NCBI GenBank assembly: GCA_016204695.1
Contig: JACQKD010000009.1
Span: 11,710-75,709 of the forward strand
Source: Candidatus Kaiserbacteria bacterium
GTDB taxonomy: Bacteria; Patescibacteriota; Minisyncoccia; Phycocordibacterales; UBA918
Direction of reading: 5' to 3'
Length of the DNA: 64,000 nucleotides
Under the pieces are notes generated by a model. That model made no database searches and was not told the origin of the DNA. It worked only from the letters and a program-made list of their open reading frames with translations. A program made the translations under genes and the position numbers. Below, piece by piece: positions 39,642-49,669 of the stretch (the stretch's first letter is position 1; each line of letters begins with the position of its first letter).

Positions 39642-42600
39642 ATGCACACTCTTCATTCTGCGCTCGGTGCGGGAATGACGCGGCATATCCGCGCAATGTC
39701 TGTCTTATTGTGTCTCCTTTTTCTCCTCGCCGCTCCGCGCATCGCCTCGGCGTATCTCGTTTTCAGCCAGAACCCGCCAAACGAAACATACAACGGCGCC
39801 ATGCTCGATAGCCCGTACCATTTTATAAGTTTCGGATGCACGCTCTCGCTCGACTGCGGAGTGGCGGGCGAGACAGTCTACCGCGTCGGCGTCTGGATGC
39901 AAAAAGTCGGCAGTCCGAAAGACGTGCGGCTCGATGTTGTCGGAGATTGGCAGGATATAAGCGGGACAAGCGCGGTCGCATCGACTCCGGTCTCGGCGGA
40001 CACAATTCCAAATGACGCCTATACGCTTGTGTGGTTTGATTTTCCCGAAGGAGTGGTGATCGGAGAGCGGGGCGCAAACAACCAGTTCTTCCAGTTTCAA
40101 TTCGCGGATGCGCCGGGGATGTATGACGCGGCCAACCATTACCGCGTCCTCTTTCATGAGACGAGCGACTTTTCCGGACCCGCGCAGTGGTGCAAAAAGT
40201 ACAGCGGCTGTTTCTCCTCGCAATTTTATTGGCAGATGGACGCCGGTCCGGTGCCGCAGGCACCGGACCAATTCTACGCGACCACTACCGCATCAGGCAC
40301 CGAGCAGTATGCGGACCACTTCGACGCAGACCCTTCGTGGAACACCGACCAACCCGAGCATTTTTCTTGGGACTCCGCGCGGCATGAACTGCGCGCGCAT
40401 ATGGAAAATACTCCACCCGCGTATCAACCCAATCGCTATTTTATAAAAGAGTTGGACATAGATCCGACCCAATCTTTCAGTATTTCGGCCGATCTCATGC
40501 TTGAAGATGCCCGCGGCGGCAATGGCGCCATACTCTTCGGACTCTTTGCGGACGACTTTACCCATGAAAATCTGACGCCGACGAACGGCCCGCGCATATA
40601 CAGCAAAAGCACGCTCAATCTCAAGCTCATGTCGCTTGGCGGGGGCAATCGCTTTTTTGAACTCAACGCTATCGGTCAGGATAGCGTACAGCAGGGCGGC
40701 GGAGGAAGCGGCCCCTCTTTTCGCCGCTACCGATGGTATACCTTTTATCTCCGCTATGATGCGGAAACCAAACACGTGTACGGGACCGTCATCGACACCA
40801 AGACCGGCCTGCCCTACATCTCGCTCGACGCCGACATGCCCGCAGGATTCTCGCCCGACATGCGCTATCTCGGTGTCAGCATGCATCCCGACGGCGAATT
40901 TCATTCAACCATGGCCGGAAGCGAACAGCGGCTCGCGGGCGCATCCGACTTCCGCATAGACAACGTCCGCGTTTTCGGCACCGCCTCCACCACTCCAACA
41001 CCCGCATGCTGTTCCAATATATTTTTCATCCCGGGCATTCAGGCGAGCCGATTGTATCTTGATGAAAATGGCAATGAGAATCGGCTCTGGGAGCCAAATT
41101 GGAGGACAGATATCAAAAAGCTCTTTTTTGATAAGAACGGGGAGAGCGTGACGCAAGGTATCTATACCAAAGATACGATTGATGCCGTATTCGGTAGGTC
41201 TGATATCTATGGCGAGTTTACTACTTCACTCGACGGTCTTGTGACGGATGGCACGATTGCCGACTGGCAAGCGTTTCCCTACGATTGGCGCAAGAGCGCG
41301 GAAGATGTTGTCGAAAGCGGCACTTCGATCAAGGTTGGCGATGATGTGCAGGTGGTGTATATGGCCGACGAGCTTCTCAATCTTGCCACCACCTCAAAGA
41401 GTGGAAAGGTAACCATTCTCGGCCACAGCAACGGCGGCATTGTTGGCAAACTGCTCATTGACGAACTGGTGCGCCGCGGTCATGCCGATCTCGTAGACAC
41501 ATTCATCATGGTCGCGACGCCCCAGCTCGGCACGCCGAAAGCGCTCGCGAGTCTTCTCCACGGCGACGAGCAGTCGATTCCGTGGGAGCACTTCGGCGTT
41601 GTTATGGACAAGAGCATGGCCCGCGATTTTGCGGAAACGATGCCCGGAGGGTACGCTCTCATTCCTTCGGCGAGATACATCTCAAGCGTGTCCGAACCGG
41701 TGATTGAATTTGATCCCGATGTTGCCGAGATTTACGACTTCCCATCGCTCTACGGTGATTCAATCGATACGCAGAGCGAACTACAGGAATTTCTCACGGG
41801 TGACAATGGCGGTCGCGCCAAACCATCCGAGGAAGATACCGACTCGCCAAATGTACTCGACAAGACACTCGTCGGAGAGGCATACACTCTGCACCGTCAT
41901 CTCGACTCATGGACTGCGCCGGAAGGCATCGAAGTGATTCAGATCGTCGGTTGGGGGCTCGATACCATCCGCGGCATCCGCTATGACGACTGCGACATAC
42001 TGCTGTGTCCTGATAATTTGGGTAACCTCGATAGGGAACTTCTTTTAGATACTGAAGGTGACGGAACTGTTGTAGCCGAAAGCGCAAGTGCCGCAACCGG
42101 AATGGAAACCTATTATCTAAAGTTACATGCTTATAACGATGGTACGGGAGAAAACAGAGACCACGCCGATTTTTTGGGAGCAAAACCAGTACAAGAACTC
42201 ATCAAGAACTTCGTACAAAATGGTACCAGTACATTACCGACATATGTCAGCCCCGAAAAACCGTCGGATACAAGTGACGAGCGCTTGCGATTCAGAATCC
42301 ATTCCCCCGTCTCTCTCGATCTCTATGACACGAAAGGCCGCCACACTGGCATTCTTCCGCCCGCACCAGATTCCGACCTGATGCGCATCGAAGCCGAAAT
42401 ACCCAACAGCTACTATCGCGAATTCGGAGAGGTAAAGTATGCGGGAGCGGGCTCTGGAGAGCCGGTTGGTGTTGTGCTCATCGGCCAAGACACTGGCACA
42501 TTCACGCTCGAGATTGAAGAGATTCGAGGAGATGCAGTGCAGGAGACAAGCGTATTTACGGACATTCCTGTGGTGGAAAACGCTCGCGCATCCGTTGAGA

Positions 42601-42998
42601 ATGTTGGCGGTACGGCGCCCCCTTCGCTCTCGCTCGACATGGATAATGATGGAGTCAATGACGCGTCGATCGCTCCGGGAGAGGGTCTGACCTCCCAAGA
42701 ATTGATCGGCATTCTCCGCGGTCTGATATGGACGCTTGATCTGCCGGTGGAGAAACAGAAGAAACTCGACAAGATCTTCGATACAATAGACAAGACGCTT
42801 ATCAAAGACCAGAAGTGCGTTGCACACGCAAAAGCCAAGTGCGAACACAATACCAAGCACAAGACCGATCAGGCATTTGCCAAGCTCTCGCAGTCAATAC
42901 AGAAATTATCCCGAGATAAAAAGGATGCGGTATCTTCGGAAGATGTGACCGACATACTGGCACTTATAAATCTCGTTAAAACTAATTTGAAAATATAA
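39642..42998 (+). CDS. large secreted multidomain protein with an alpha/beta-hydrolase (lipase/LCAT/PGAP1-like) domain
   Basis: N-terminal signal-like MSVLLCLLFLLAAPRIASA. Nucleophile elbow VTILGHSNGGIVGKLL with upstream FFIPGIQASRLY. A jelly-roll-like N-terminal region precedes it. The C-terminus has helical KK-rich repeats. Confidence 0.6.
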   Translation: MHTLHSALGAGMTRHIRAMSVLLCLLFLLAAPRIASAYLVFSQNPPNETYNGAMLDSPYHFISFGCTLSLDCGVAGETVYRVGVWMQKVGSPKDVRLDVVGDWQDISGTSAVASTPVSADTIPNDAYTLVWFDFPEGVVIGERGANNQFFQFQFADAPGMYDAANHYRVLFHETSDFSGPAQWCKKYSGCFSSQFYWQMDAGPVPQAPDQFYATTTASGTEQYADHFDADPSWNTDQPEHFSWDSARHELRAHMENTPPAYQPNRYFIKELDIDPTQSFSISADLMLEDARGGNGAILFGLFADDFTHENLTPTNGPRIYSKSTLNLKLMSLGGGNRFFELNAIGQDSVQQGGGGSGPSFRRYRWYTFYLRYDAETKHVYGTVIDTKTGLPYISLDADMPAGFSPDMRYLGVSMHPDGEFHSTMAGSEQRLAGASDFRIDNVRVFGTASTTPTPACCSNIFFIPGIQASRLYLDENGNENRLWEPNWRTDIKKLFFDKNGESVTQGIYTKDTIDAVFGRSDIYGEFTTSLDGLVTDGTIADWQAFPYDWRKSAEDVVESGTSIKVGDDVQVVYMADELLNLATTSKSGKVTILGHSNGGIVGKLLIDELVRRGHADLVDTFIMVATPQLGTPKALASLLHGDEQSIPWEHFGVVMDKSMARDFAETMPGGYALIPSARYISSVSEPVIEFDPDVAEIYDFPSLYGDSIDTQSELQEFLTGDNGGRAKPSEEDTDSPNVLDKTLVGEAYTLHRHLDSWTAPEGIEVIQIVGWGLDTIRGIRYDDCDILLCPDNLGNLDRELLLDTEGDGTVVAESASAATGMETYYLKLHAYNDGTGENRDHADFLGAKPVQELIKNFVQNGTSTLPTYVSPEKPSDTSDERLRFRIHSPVSLDLYDTKGRHTGILPPAPDSDLMRIEAEIPNSYYREFGEVKYAGAGSGEPVGVVLIGQDTGTFTLEIEEIRGDAVQETSVFTDIPVVENARASVENVGGTAPPSLSLDMDNDGVNDASIAPGEGLTSQELIGILRGLIWTLDLPVEKQKKLDKIFDTIDKTLIKDQKCVAHAKAKCEHNTKHKTDQAFAKLSQSIQKLSRDKKDAVSSEDVTDILALINLVKTNLKI

Positions 42999-43003
42999 AA
43001 GTT

Positions 43004-43405
43004 ATGGAAAGCAAAAAAAGAATCAATCAACTAATCATCGTAGCGGCGATTCTTTCTGTACTATTTTTCTTCCTATCCAGCCCGATAAAGAATGGTCTAT
43101 GCGCTGATACCGACATTAGTTGTGCTCGTTTGGGGGATAGTATTGGGATACCTATTTTCCTTTTTTCAATAAGTATTTTTATCCTGTGTGTATTGCTACG
43201 GTGGCTGTCTGCCGGCTTCCATGCATGGCTTCGGTTCGCAAAATACTATATTCTTGTTGCCGCACTTTTGATCACCGCTTCGCCGAGCGTGGCGACCACC
43301 ATCTTCGGCTTCGACAAAGAATTCATGTCCTGGGCTACGGCCGGCTTATTCCTCCTCGTCAGTCTGATACTCGTTGTTTATAAACAATTTAGGAAGAAAG
43401 AGTGA
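43004..43405 (+). CDS. small polytopic membrane protein (3-4 helices)
   Basis: Hydrophobic and AT-richer than its surroundings. Follows the hydrolase gene directly. Confidence 0.45.
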   Translation: MESKKRINQLIIVAAILSVLFFFLSSPIKNGLCADTDISCARLGDSIGIPIFLFSISIFILCVLLRWLSAGFHAWLRFAKYYILVAALLITASPSVATTIFGFDKEFMSWATAGLFLLVSLILVVYKQFRKKE

Positions 43406-43937
43406 TACTCGACATCCTATGCGAAATTTCTACCAATATCGTAAGTGGTTGGCGGTTCTCGCTCTTTCTTGCGGTATTCTAGCCGGATTAAGTACTCTTA
43501 TGTTTATTCCGTACGAAATGGGTCTGTGTCGGTACCACGATAGTCATTGTCGAGAGCGATATGAAAACAAAGGAGGAACTATTTTAGCGGTAACTTTTCC
43601 GGTATTCATACTGGGCTCATTTATATTCGTCCATACACGAAACGGTAAACGACCGTGGCGCATCTCACTTGTCATGTTGGGGTCCGTCGGCGCTCTTTCG
43701 GTTTTAGAAAATATCACTCATTCAGAAGGCGGTTTTGGTTTGTCGTTCCCATCTGAATTCGTTGTTCTTGCGATCATCTTGGGATTCGTTTACGGAGCAT
43801 ATCTCGTAAGTATGACGCTAAAAGAGTTGTTAGAGAGGAATCTCCTTTTTAGAAGAATAGGTGTCAAGACTCTGGCAGGTATACTCCTCACGCTGACTTT
43901 GGGAGTTTTCATGACTCTGGAATTCTTTTGGCTATAG
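43374..43937 (+). CDS. polytopic membrane protein (about 5 helices)
   Basis: Hydrophobic. Its start overlaps the previous gene. AT-richer than the flanking DNA. Confidence 0.45.
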   Translation: MFINNLGRKSDTRHPMRNFYQYRKWLAVLALSCGILAGLSTLMFIPYEMGLCRYHDSHCRERYENKGGTILAVTFPVFILGSFIFVHTRNGKRPWRISLVMLGSVGALSVLENITHSEGGFGLSFPSEFVVLAIILGFVYGAYLVSMTLKELLERNLLFRRIGVKTLAGILLTLTLGVFMTLEFFWL

Positions 43938-44165
43938 GGTCTCTATATCGTAGTATGATCTCGCTCGGCAAAAAGATCACGTCGAGGTTCTCTCCCGGTT
44001 TATTTCCAGTTCCTGGTGATGATACTCATCATATACAAACAAATTTGGGGCAGAGCGCAATAAAAGTGGGACTGTAGTACACTCATCGCATGTCCAAAGA
44101 AGCTGAAGATCGCCAGTGTCTCAAGAGGCCGCTTTTCTAGTCCTGCTGCAGATTTATTTTGGTAG

Positions 44166-45404
44166 TTGGAATTCCCTTCTTTCCGCCAGATGTCCAAGTT
44201 AGAACCCTTTATTAACATGCCACCAGAACAAAATAATCGTTCGTACGCGCATCTACCCGATGAACTGTTGGGAAAAATTCTCGAGAATGTCCCGCATACC
44301 GTCAACAAAATGAACAGCCTGTTCGATATCCAAGACGAACCTATCGCAAAAGGGATGGAGAAACTGCGGACCGGCGATAAAATCAAGAAGCTCTCCGCTA
44401 CGGAGGCCTCCAATTCGGTCATTGCTGTTGACGGAGGCAATATCCCCGAGAAAATGGCTGGCGCGGACGTGCTCCTAGCCGTTGCCGTCGGCGTTGAGGG
44501 TCTATCGGAGGATAAGGGTACGGAGTGGGGCAGCGAGAAGAATCAATACTACCAGTGGCAAACTGTCCTTCCTCACGGCGAAGCCAACGCACGTCTCATA
44601 CAAGGGGTGATGTTTTTGATGGAGTTATCGGTACTTGCGAACGACGACCATGAGATCCGTATTATGGACGGCACGCACTTCACGCCGATATTGAAGATAA
44701 ACAGCATGTTGTCGGCAAAGGAGGAGGGCGCGGGTGCTGAATACACGAACGCACTCCGGGACTTCTTGCGAGAAACCTACTCGAAAATCATCCCTGACAT
44801 CCCTCAAATCATTACGGCTGCACAAAACAACGAACACATCATTGCTCTTGCGAAGTACAGTTCGTCCACCGATGTCATCGACGCCTTCTTGAACGATTGC
44901 GATATCAAGCTCGACGACAAGACCTTCTTTTCTCTTGGCTTACAGGAGGATGAATACTTCGTGCCACATTCTGCCGGACAGAGTCCGCAGGAACGGGAGC
45001 GTATTTGGAACGAGCTGCACATCATCTGCAATCTCGATATACCCGAACGCGAGGAACTCAATTATGCGCTCGCCGCTGCAATTGAACCCATCAGGACGAA
45101 AGGCGGAAAAAAGTCAGAGCTCTACTACACCTACTATCGGCCATTCATGGACGGACCAGCATATCGCATCGAGCTCAAGAAAAGTGTCGCCGAAGACCAA
45201 TCCAAATTGGAGCGCTATCTCTTCAGCTTGAAAAACCAGATTGTTTTCCCCGAAATCCGCGAGCCATATCCTCAATATCTTGTCGACCTCATGGCAAAAA
45301 GTATCTCGACAGGCATGTTTGCAATCGTTGACGCCATTCGTCTCTCGCCCGATTTAAAAATTGACCAAGGTAAGTTCAATCTATTATTCTCATATCGCAC
45401 ATAA
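44166..45404 (+). CDS. NurA-like nuclease-domain protein
   Basis: Two DG(S/G/T) motifs characteristic of NurA (VIAVDGGNI and IRIMDGTHFTPIL). Translationally coupled to a HerA-like ATPase. The start is uncertain (alternative ATGs at about 44190 and 44217). Confidence 0.5.
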   Translation: MEFPSFRQMSKLEPFINMPPEQNNRSYAHLPDELLGKILENVPHTVNKMNSLFDIQDEPIAKGMEKLRTGDKIKKLSATEASNSVIAVDGGNIPEKMAGADVLLAVAVGVEGLSEDKGTEWGSEKNQYYQWQTVLPHGEANARLIQGVMFLMELSVLANDDHEIRIMDGTHFTPILKINSMLSAKEEGAGAEYTNALRDFLRETYSKIIPDIPQIITAAQNNEHIIALAKYSSSTDVIDAFLNDCDIKLDDKTFFSLGLQEDEYFVPHSAGQSPQERERIWNELHIICNLDIPEREELNYALAAAIEPIRTKGGKKSELYYTYYRPFMDGPAYRIELKKSVAEDQSKLERYLFSLKNQIVFPEIREPYPQYLVDLMAKSISTGMFAIVDAIRLSPDLKIDQGKFNLLFSYRT

Positions 45405-45406
45405 CT

Positions 45407-47221
45407 ATGGCAACTGAAAAAGAAAAGACAGCGAACTTCTCAGAGGAAATCCTTGAAGCAATAAAGAAGCAAGGCGATTCTCTCATTGGCATTACTGGCT
45501 CGCCAAGTACGACGCTCGACATCGTCATCGACATTGTCGAAAAGAGTAAGGCGCAGAGGGCTTTGGGCCAGATGGTTTATGTCGTAGTCAACGAAGACGG
45601 CCAAGACATTCTCGTTATAGGGCAAATCATCGGCATAGAGACGCAAAACCGATGGCATGAAGACCCTTCGTTCAAGGGTGTAATAAAGCGTCACGGGCGC
45701 CTCCCGCACTTGAGCGGTACGGCCGACAATCGCGTCGCTACAATCAGCGTGCAGGCCTGCTACAGCTTGGGGACCGAAACCCCGGAGGGTCATATCTTGG
45801 GAACTTCTCCTTCGACCGGCGAACGCGTACAGAAAATGAACAACGAGGTCATGTCCGCGTTGATGAAAAAGCACGACGGAATCACCTACATGGGTAAGGT
45901 GTACGGGACCGATGTCGATTTGCCGTTTTGGTTCAAGCACTTCGACAGGACCGACGAGAAGAACAAGGAAATTGGCGCGGGCGACGCGTATCACATAGGT
46001 GTCTTCGGCAGAACAGGCTCCGGTAAAACCGTTTCCGCGGCGTACATGCTCCTCGGTTATGCCAAAAACAAGAACAACATCAGCATCATGGTGCTTGACC
46101 CGCAACGACAATTCTTCGCGGATAAAGACCTGCTCCCACCAGACCAAAAGCTAGAGGACCACATTACCAAGACGGGAATGAAATATGAGAAATACGAAGT
46201 GCTGAAAGATATCTGTCTTCCGAGCGATAATTACGAGTTGTTTGGCGACTTGCTTGCGAACAACGGTTTCCTCGAGCTTGCCTTGCGTCCCTTGTACACT
46301 CCGGACAAAGTCGAAGCCGCGCGCGATGCTGTCATCGAGTATCTTCGCGGTCGAGCAAATGTACCGAGTTTCAATCTCAACTCGATTACCGACAAAACAG
46401 CTCTTCTTCAAGAGTTGCTGAATCGGTTTACAACGCCCACGGGTCCGCAGGAGACCAGCGCCGGCTACAGTTCCTATGTCATTTCAATATTTGGAACCAC
46501 GCAGACGCGCACACGCCTCCAAAATAGATTGGAGCATATTCGAGACCATCTCGCCACAGAGACGAACGTAGTCCGTAAATGGGGAAATGCTCTCGAGCTC
46601 TTTACCAAGACGCGAGCCGACAGTACGCAAAAGATGTCCGTGGAGGAGCTTGTGAAGAAAGTCGTACTGGAAAACGGGAATTTCATCGTGCTCGACATCA
46701 GCGGCACTCAAGTCGGCGAAATACAGAACGAAAACCTCCAAGCGGTTTTCATCAAGACGATTGAAGCGAAAATAGTTGAGCTTGGGGCGCAGCTCTATGC
46801 CGACGGTAAAAAAGCCAACTGTCTCATCGTTATGGACGAAGCGCACAGATTCATTTCCACTACGTCGCAAGACCCTCGCATCAAAGAACTCACGCAGGAA
46901 ATCATTGGCTCGGTCCGCACAACTCGCAAGTACGGCATCGGCTATATGTTCATTACGCAGACCATCGAATCATTGGACGACGAAATTCTGCGACAGATGC
47001 GAATTTTTGGTTTCGGATATGGGCTCACTTCCGGTTCGGAACTTCGGAAGGTCAGCGAGTTCGTAAACAATCCTTCAGCGATTCAGCTGTACAAGTCGTT
47101 CATCGACCCGAGTAGCAACCACAAATTCCCGTTCATGTTCTTTGGCCCGGTATCGCCCCTATCATTCACCGGCTCACCGCTTTTTATTGAAATGTACGGA
47201 GACGTAAAGGACTTCAGATAG
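45407..47221 (+). CDS. HerA/FtsK-like (DUF87) hexameric ATPase
   Basis: Walker A HIGVFGRTGSGKTVSAAYML, Walker B NCLIVMDEAHRF and FITQT sensor-like motif. 604 aa. Confidence 0.7.
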   Translation: MATEKEKTANFSEEILEAIKKQGDSLIGITGSPSTTLDIVIDIVEKSKAQRALGQMVYVVVNEDGQDILVIGQIIGIETQNRWHEDPSFKGVIKRHGRLPHLSGTADNRVATISVQACYSLGTETPEGHILGTSPSTGERVQKMNNEVMSALMKKHDGITYMGKVYGTDVDLPFWFKHFDRTDEKNKEIGAGDAYHIGVFGRTGSGKTVSAAYMLLGYAKNKNNISIMVLDPQRQFFADKDLLPPDQKLEDHITKTGMKYEKYEVLKDICLPSDNYELFGDLLANNGFLELALRPLYTPDKVEAARDAVIEYLRGRANVPSFNLNSITDKTALLQELLNRFTTPTGPQETSAGYSSYVISIFGTTQTRTRLQNRLEHIRDHLATETNVVRKWGNALELFTKTRADSTQKMSVEELVKKVVLENGNFIVLDISGTQVGEIQNENLQAVFIKTIEAKIVELGAQLYADGKKANCLIVMDEAHRFISTTSQDPRIKELTQEIIGSVRTTRKYGIGYMFITQTIESLDDEILRQMRIFGFGYGLTSGSELRKVSEFVNNPSAIQLYKSFIDPSSNHKFPFMFFGPVSPLSFTGSPLFIEMYGDVKDFR

Positions 47222-47225
47222 AGAG

Positions 47226-48404
47226 TTACTTATTTCGCACTAGGGCTTGATAGGTATTCTTGAAACCCTCTAATTCCTCTTCTGCATCGCGTATATAGCC
47301 AGCTGCTGTAAAGTCCTTATAGCTCACATCTCGCTGGCTTCTCGGGATAGCCCACCTTGTTTTCCAGCTGTCAGTAAGGTCCGTAATAGATCGCTTGATC
47401 CACTTCGGCTTTTTGTTGTGTCGTATGACCTCCTTGAGATTGTCTACCAAAGAGAAAAGATACACGCCACGCTTGATTGTATGCCGCGTTCCTTTTTCGA
47501 AGCCGATCATCTTCATTGCTTGATCGATGAGCTTGATCTTGCGAGACGGCCCCGATCCATAACCGCGAGCAGTATCGATATTTTTTGATTCCAAGTAGCG
47601 GAGCAAGTTTTCGTACATCAGGTTCGAGATATGGAAAGAGCCGATGCCGTTGCTGTAGCCGATAAAGTCGGCGACCATTTTTTCTTTGTACTTGAGACGA
47701 GCATAGATGCTACTCTTGCCGTAACCACCGGTCGTCGTGACGAAGAGTAATCGCGCAGGAATTTTACGCTTCTGCATTACGGTGCGGACCGTTCTATATT
47801 TTTTCTCGAAAGCACGACGTATCGTGTCGGAAGTGAGGAGACTAGCAACGAGTTTGCCGCCGAGGAGTTGATTGTATGGTGGAAGAGCACCAAGACGTTG
47901 CGCGCTTAGTGACTGATTGACCCAGTAATCCCGGTCCTTTGCAGAAATACCGAGGTGGCCATCTCGGACCGCCCAACTTAGGATTGGACTTTGAAGACCA
48001 ATAAGACCAATCGGGGCTTTATGGTAGCTGTCCCATACGAGAAAGCGCATCTGCCGACCGTAAGCGCGCTCATTCGGGAGGCTCCACCATACGAGACTCC
48101 ACCAGCGAAACATGATTTCCCATTTGCTACCGGCCTTGACCTCAATAAGTCGCGGCTTGATCTTGGCCACATTGATATCCTTACCGTTCGGTAAGTGTGA
48201 GAGGATGAACTGTTTGTGTTTCGTGACAAATTTTTCTTGAGCAAGAATGCGCTCGGCTTTCGCTATGATGTGCGCCTTACGTTTGGAGTCTCGGGTATTT
48301 TCTTTGAGCTGGATCACTCCGCTCCTTATACGGTAGCCTTGCTTATGCAGACTCCTGATGATTTCTCTTTTTAGTTCTTTAGATCTGGTAAGTGTCGATG
48401 GCAT
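47226..48404 (-). CDS. 392-aa protein of unknown function, convergent with the HerA-like gene (stops 4 bp apart)
   Basis: Clean ORF with a protein-like composition. No motif I can assign with confidence. Confidence 0.5.
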   Translation of the reverse strand: MPSTLTRSKELKREIIRSLHKQGYRIRSGVIQLKENTRDSKRKAHIIAKAERILAQEKFVTKHKQFILSHLPNGKDINVAKIKPRLIEVKAGSKWEIMFRWWSLVWWSLPNERAYGRQMRFLVWDSYHKAPIGLIGLQSPILSWAVRDGHLGISAKDRDYWVNQSLSAQRLGALPPYNQLLGGKLVASLLTSDTIRRAFEKKYRTVRTVMQKRKIPARLLFVTTTGGYGKSSIYARLKYKEKMVADFIGYSNGIGSFHISNLMYENLLRYLESKNIDTARGYGSGPSRKIKLIDQAMKMIGFEKGTRHTIKRGVYLFSLVDNLKEVIRHNKKPKWIKRSITDLTDSWKTRWAIPRSQRDVSYKDFTAAGYIRDAEEELEGFKNTYQALVRNK

Positions 48405-48550
48405 AGCTTTTTAGATTAGGTATCGTTGCATCTCCATTGTAGCTTTTTAGCAAGAGAACAGGTGATGAAGCACGTGGATACGCCTCCATACGCTAGTGTC
48501 AAGAGGTCATGTAAATAATTACTCAATTTTTGCCATATTGAGCACTACTG

Positions 48551-48579
48551 TTGATAACTCGCCTTGAGGGGTGTAAGAT
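48551..48579 (+). promoter_or_regulatory. sigma70-like promoter TTGATA-17-TAAGAT for the antitoxin gene
   Basis: Lies in the divergent intergenic region. The ATG at 48596 is 16 nt downstream of the -10. Confidence 0.35.
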
Positions 48580-48595
48580 ACGCTACTATTCAAGT

Positions 48596-49318
48596 ATGGC
48601 TTCTATGCTTTCAAAACTCAATATTAAAGCACTGCGGGAATCACACGGCATGTCGCAGGCGTATCTCGCCGAACGGCTTGGTATGTCTCGCCCGACCTTC
48701 ATAAAGGTGGAGAAAGGAGAACGGATACTGACTCGTCCTGAAGAGGAACGTGTCAGGGAGCTGTTCGGGATGGTTGATGAATTCACGAAAGCGACGGACA
48801 TACGCATCTCCGTACCGCAGAAGAAACTGGAGAAATTCAAACAGGTGCTCCTGTATGTGCTTGAGAAAACAGCCGGAAACCCGAAGATCGGCATGACCGC
48901 ACTCTACAAGCTCCTCTATTTCATTGATTTTGACTACTATGAAAAGTATGACCAGCAGTTGATGGGACTCACCTATATTAAAAATCACTATGGTCCAACG
49001 CCTCGCGAATTCGTGAAAGTGGTGGAGGACATGAAGCAGGCGGGCGATCTGGAAGAGGTGAGGAGTTCGTATTTTGCGTACGAGCAGAGAAAATTTCTTC
49101 CTCGCAAATCAGCAAACCTTGCGTCGTTAAGCGGCCAGGAGAAGGAGATGATTGATAGCGTCCTCGCACGATATGGTGATAAAAGCGCGACGGAACTCAC
49201 GCGGCTCTCACACGAGGATACGCCGTATGTGGTCGCGGAAGACGGGAAAAATATTGAGTACGAGCATGTGTTCTATCGTACCGACGGGTTCTCCGTGCGC
49301 GAGTATGATCCGCTGTAG
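48596..49318 (+). CDS. HTH-XRE + Panacea (DUF4065/SocA-like) domain protein, putative type II antitoxin
   Basis: N-terminal HTH LRESHGMSQAYLAERLGMSRPTFIKVEKGER. C-terminal ALYKLLYFIDFDYYEKYDQQLMGLTYIKNHYGPTPRE matches the Panacea/DUF4065 signature. Confidence 0.55.
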   Translation: MASMLSKLNIKALRESHGMSQAYLAERLGMSRPTFIKVEKGERILTRPEEERVRELFGMVDEFTKATDIRISVPQKKLEKFKQVLLYVLEKTAGNPKIGMTALYKLLYFIDFDYYEKYDQQLMGLTYIKNHYGPTPREFVKVVEDMKQAGDLEEVRSSYFAYEQRKFLPRKSANLASLSGQEKEMIDSVLARYGDKSATELTRLSHEDTPYVVAEDGKNIEYEHVFYRTDGFSVREYDPL

Positions 49319-49330
49319 GCGGTTGCACGT

Positions 49331-49669
49331 ATGAAATATGATGAGTTACACGAATTCTCGCGCGAATTGAAACGGCTTCGCAAAAAATACTTGACATTGA
49401 GCGATGACCTAGATGAACTGAAGCACACTTTGGCGAAGCTTACGATACAAGGCGGCGGGAAACACTGGACTTGTCTGCACCGAGAAGAGCGGGTGAGTAT
49501 CTATAAAATACGACTTGCGTGCCGATCTCTGCGGGCGACAACCATGCGAGTAATCTATGCACGTCATACGGATCCAGTCAGGATCGTTTTTATAGAACTT
49601 TATTACAAAGGCGAGAAAGAAAACGAAGATCGGGAACGTATCAAACAGTATCTTCTTGATACACAATGA
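49331..49669 (+). CDS. RelE/ParE(HigB)-superfamily toxin-like protein
   Basis: 112 aa. YKIRLACRSLRATTMRVIYARHTDPVRIVFIELYYKGEKEN resembles the RelE/ParE beta-core. Paired with the antitoxin-like gene 12 bp upstream. Confidence 0.4.
   Translation: MKYDELHEFSRELKRLRKKYLTLSDDLDELKHTLAKLTIQGGGKHWTCLHREERVSIYKIRLACRSLRATTMRVIYARHTDPVRIVFIELYYKGEKENEDRERIKQYLLDTQ

Noticed and set aside
44000-44440. 146-aa minus-strand ORF upstream of and overlapping the NurA-like gene
   Set aside because: Irregular composition. It overlaps the likely promoter and start region of the plus-strand gene and has no supporting signals.
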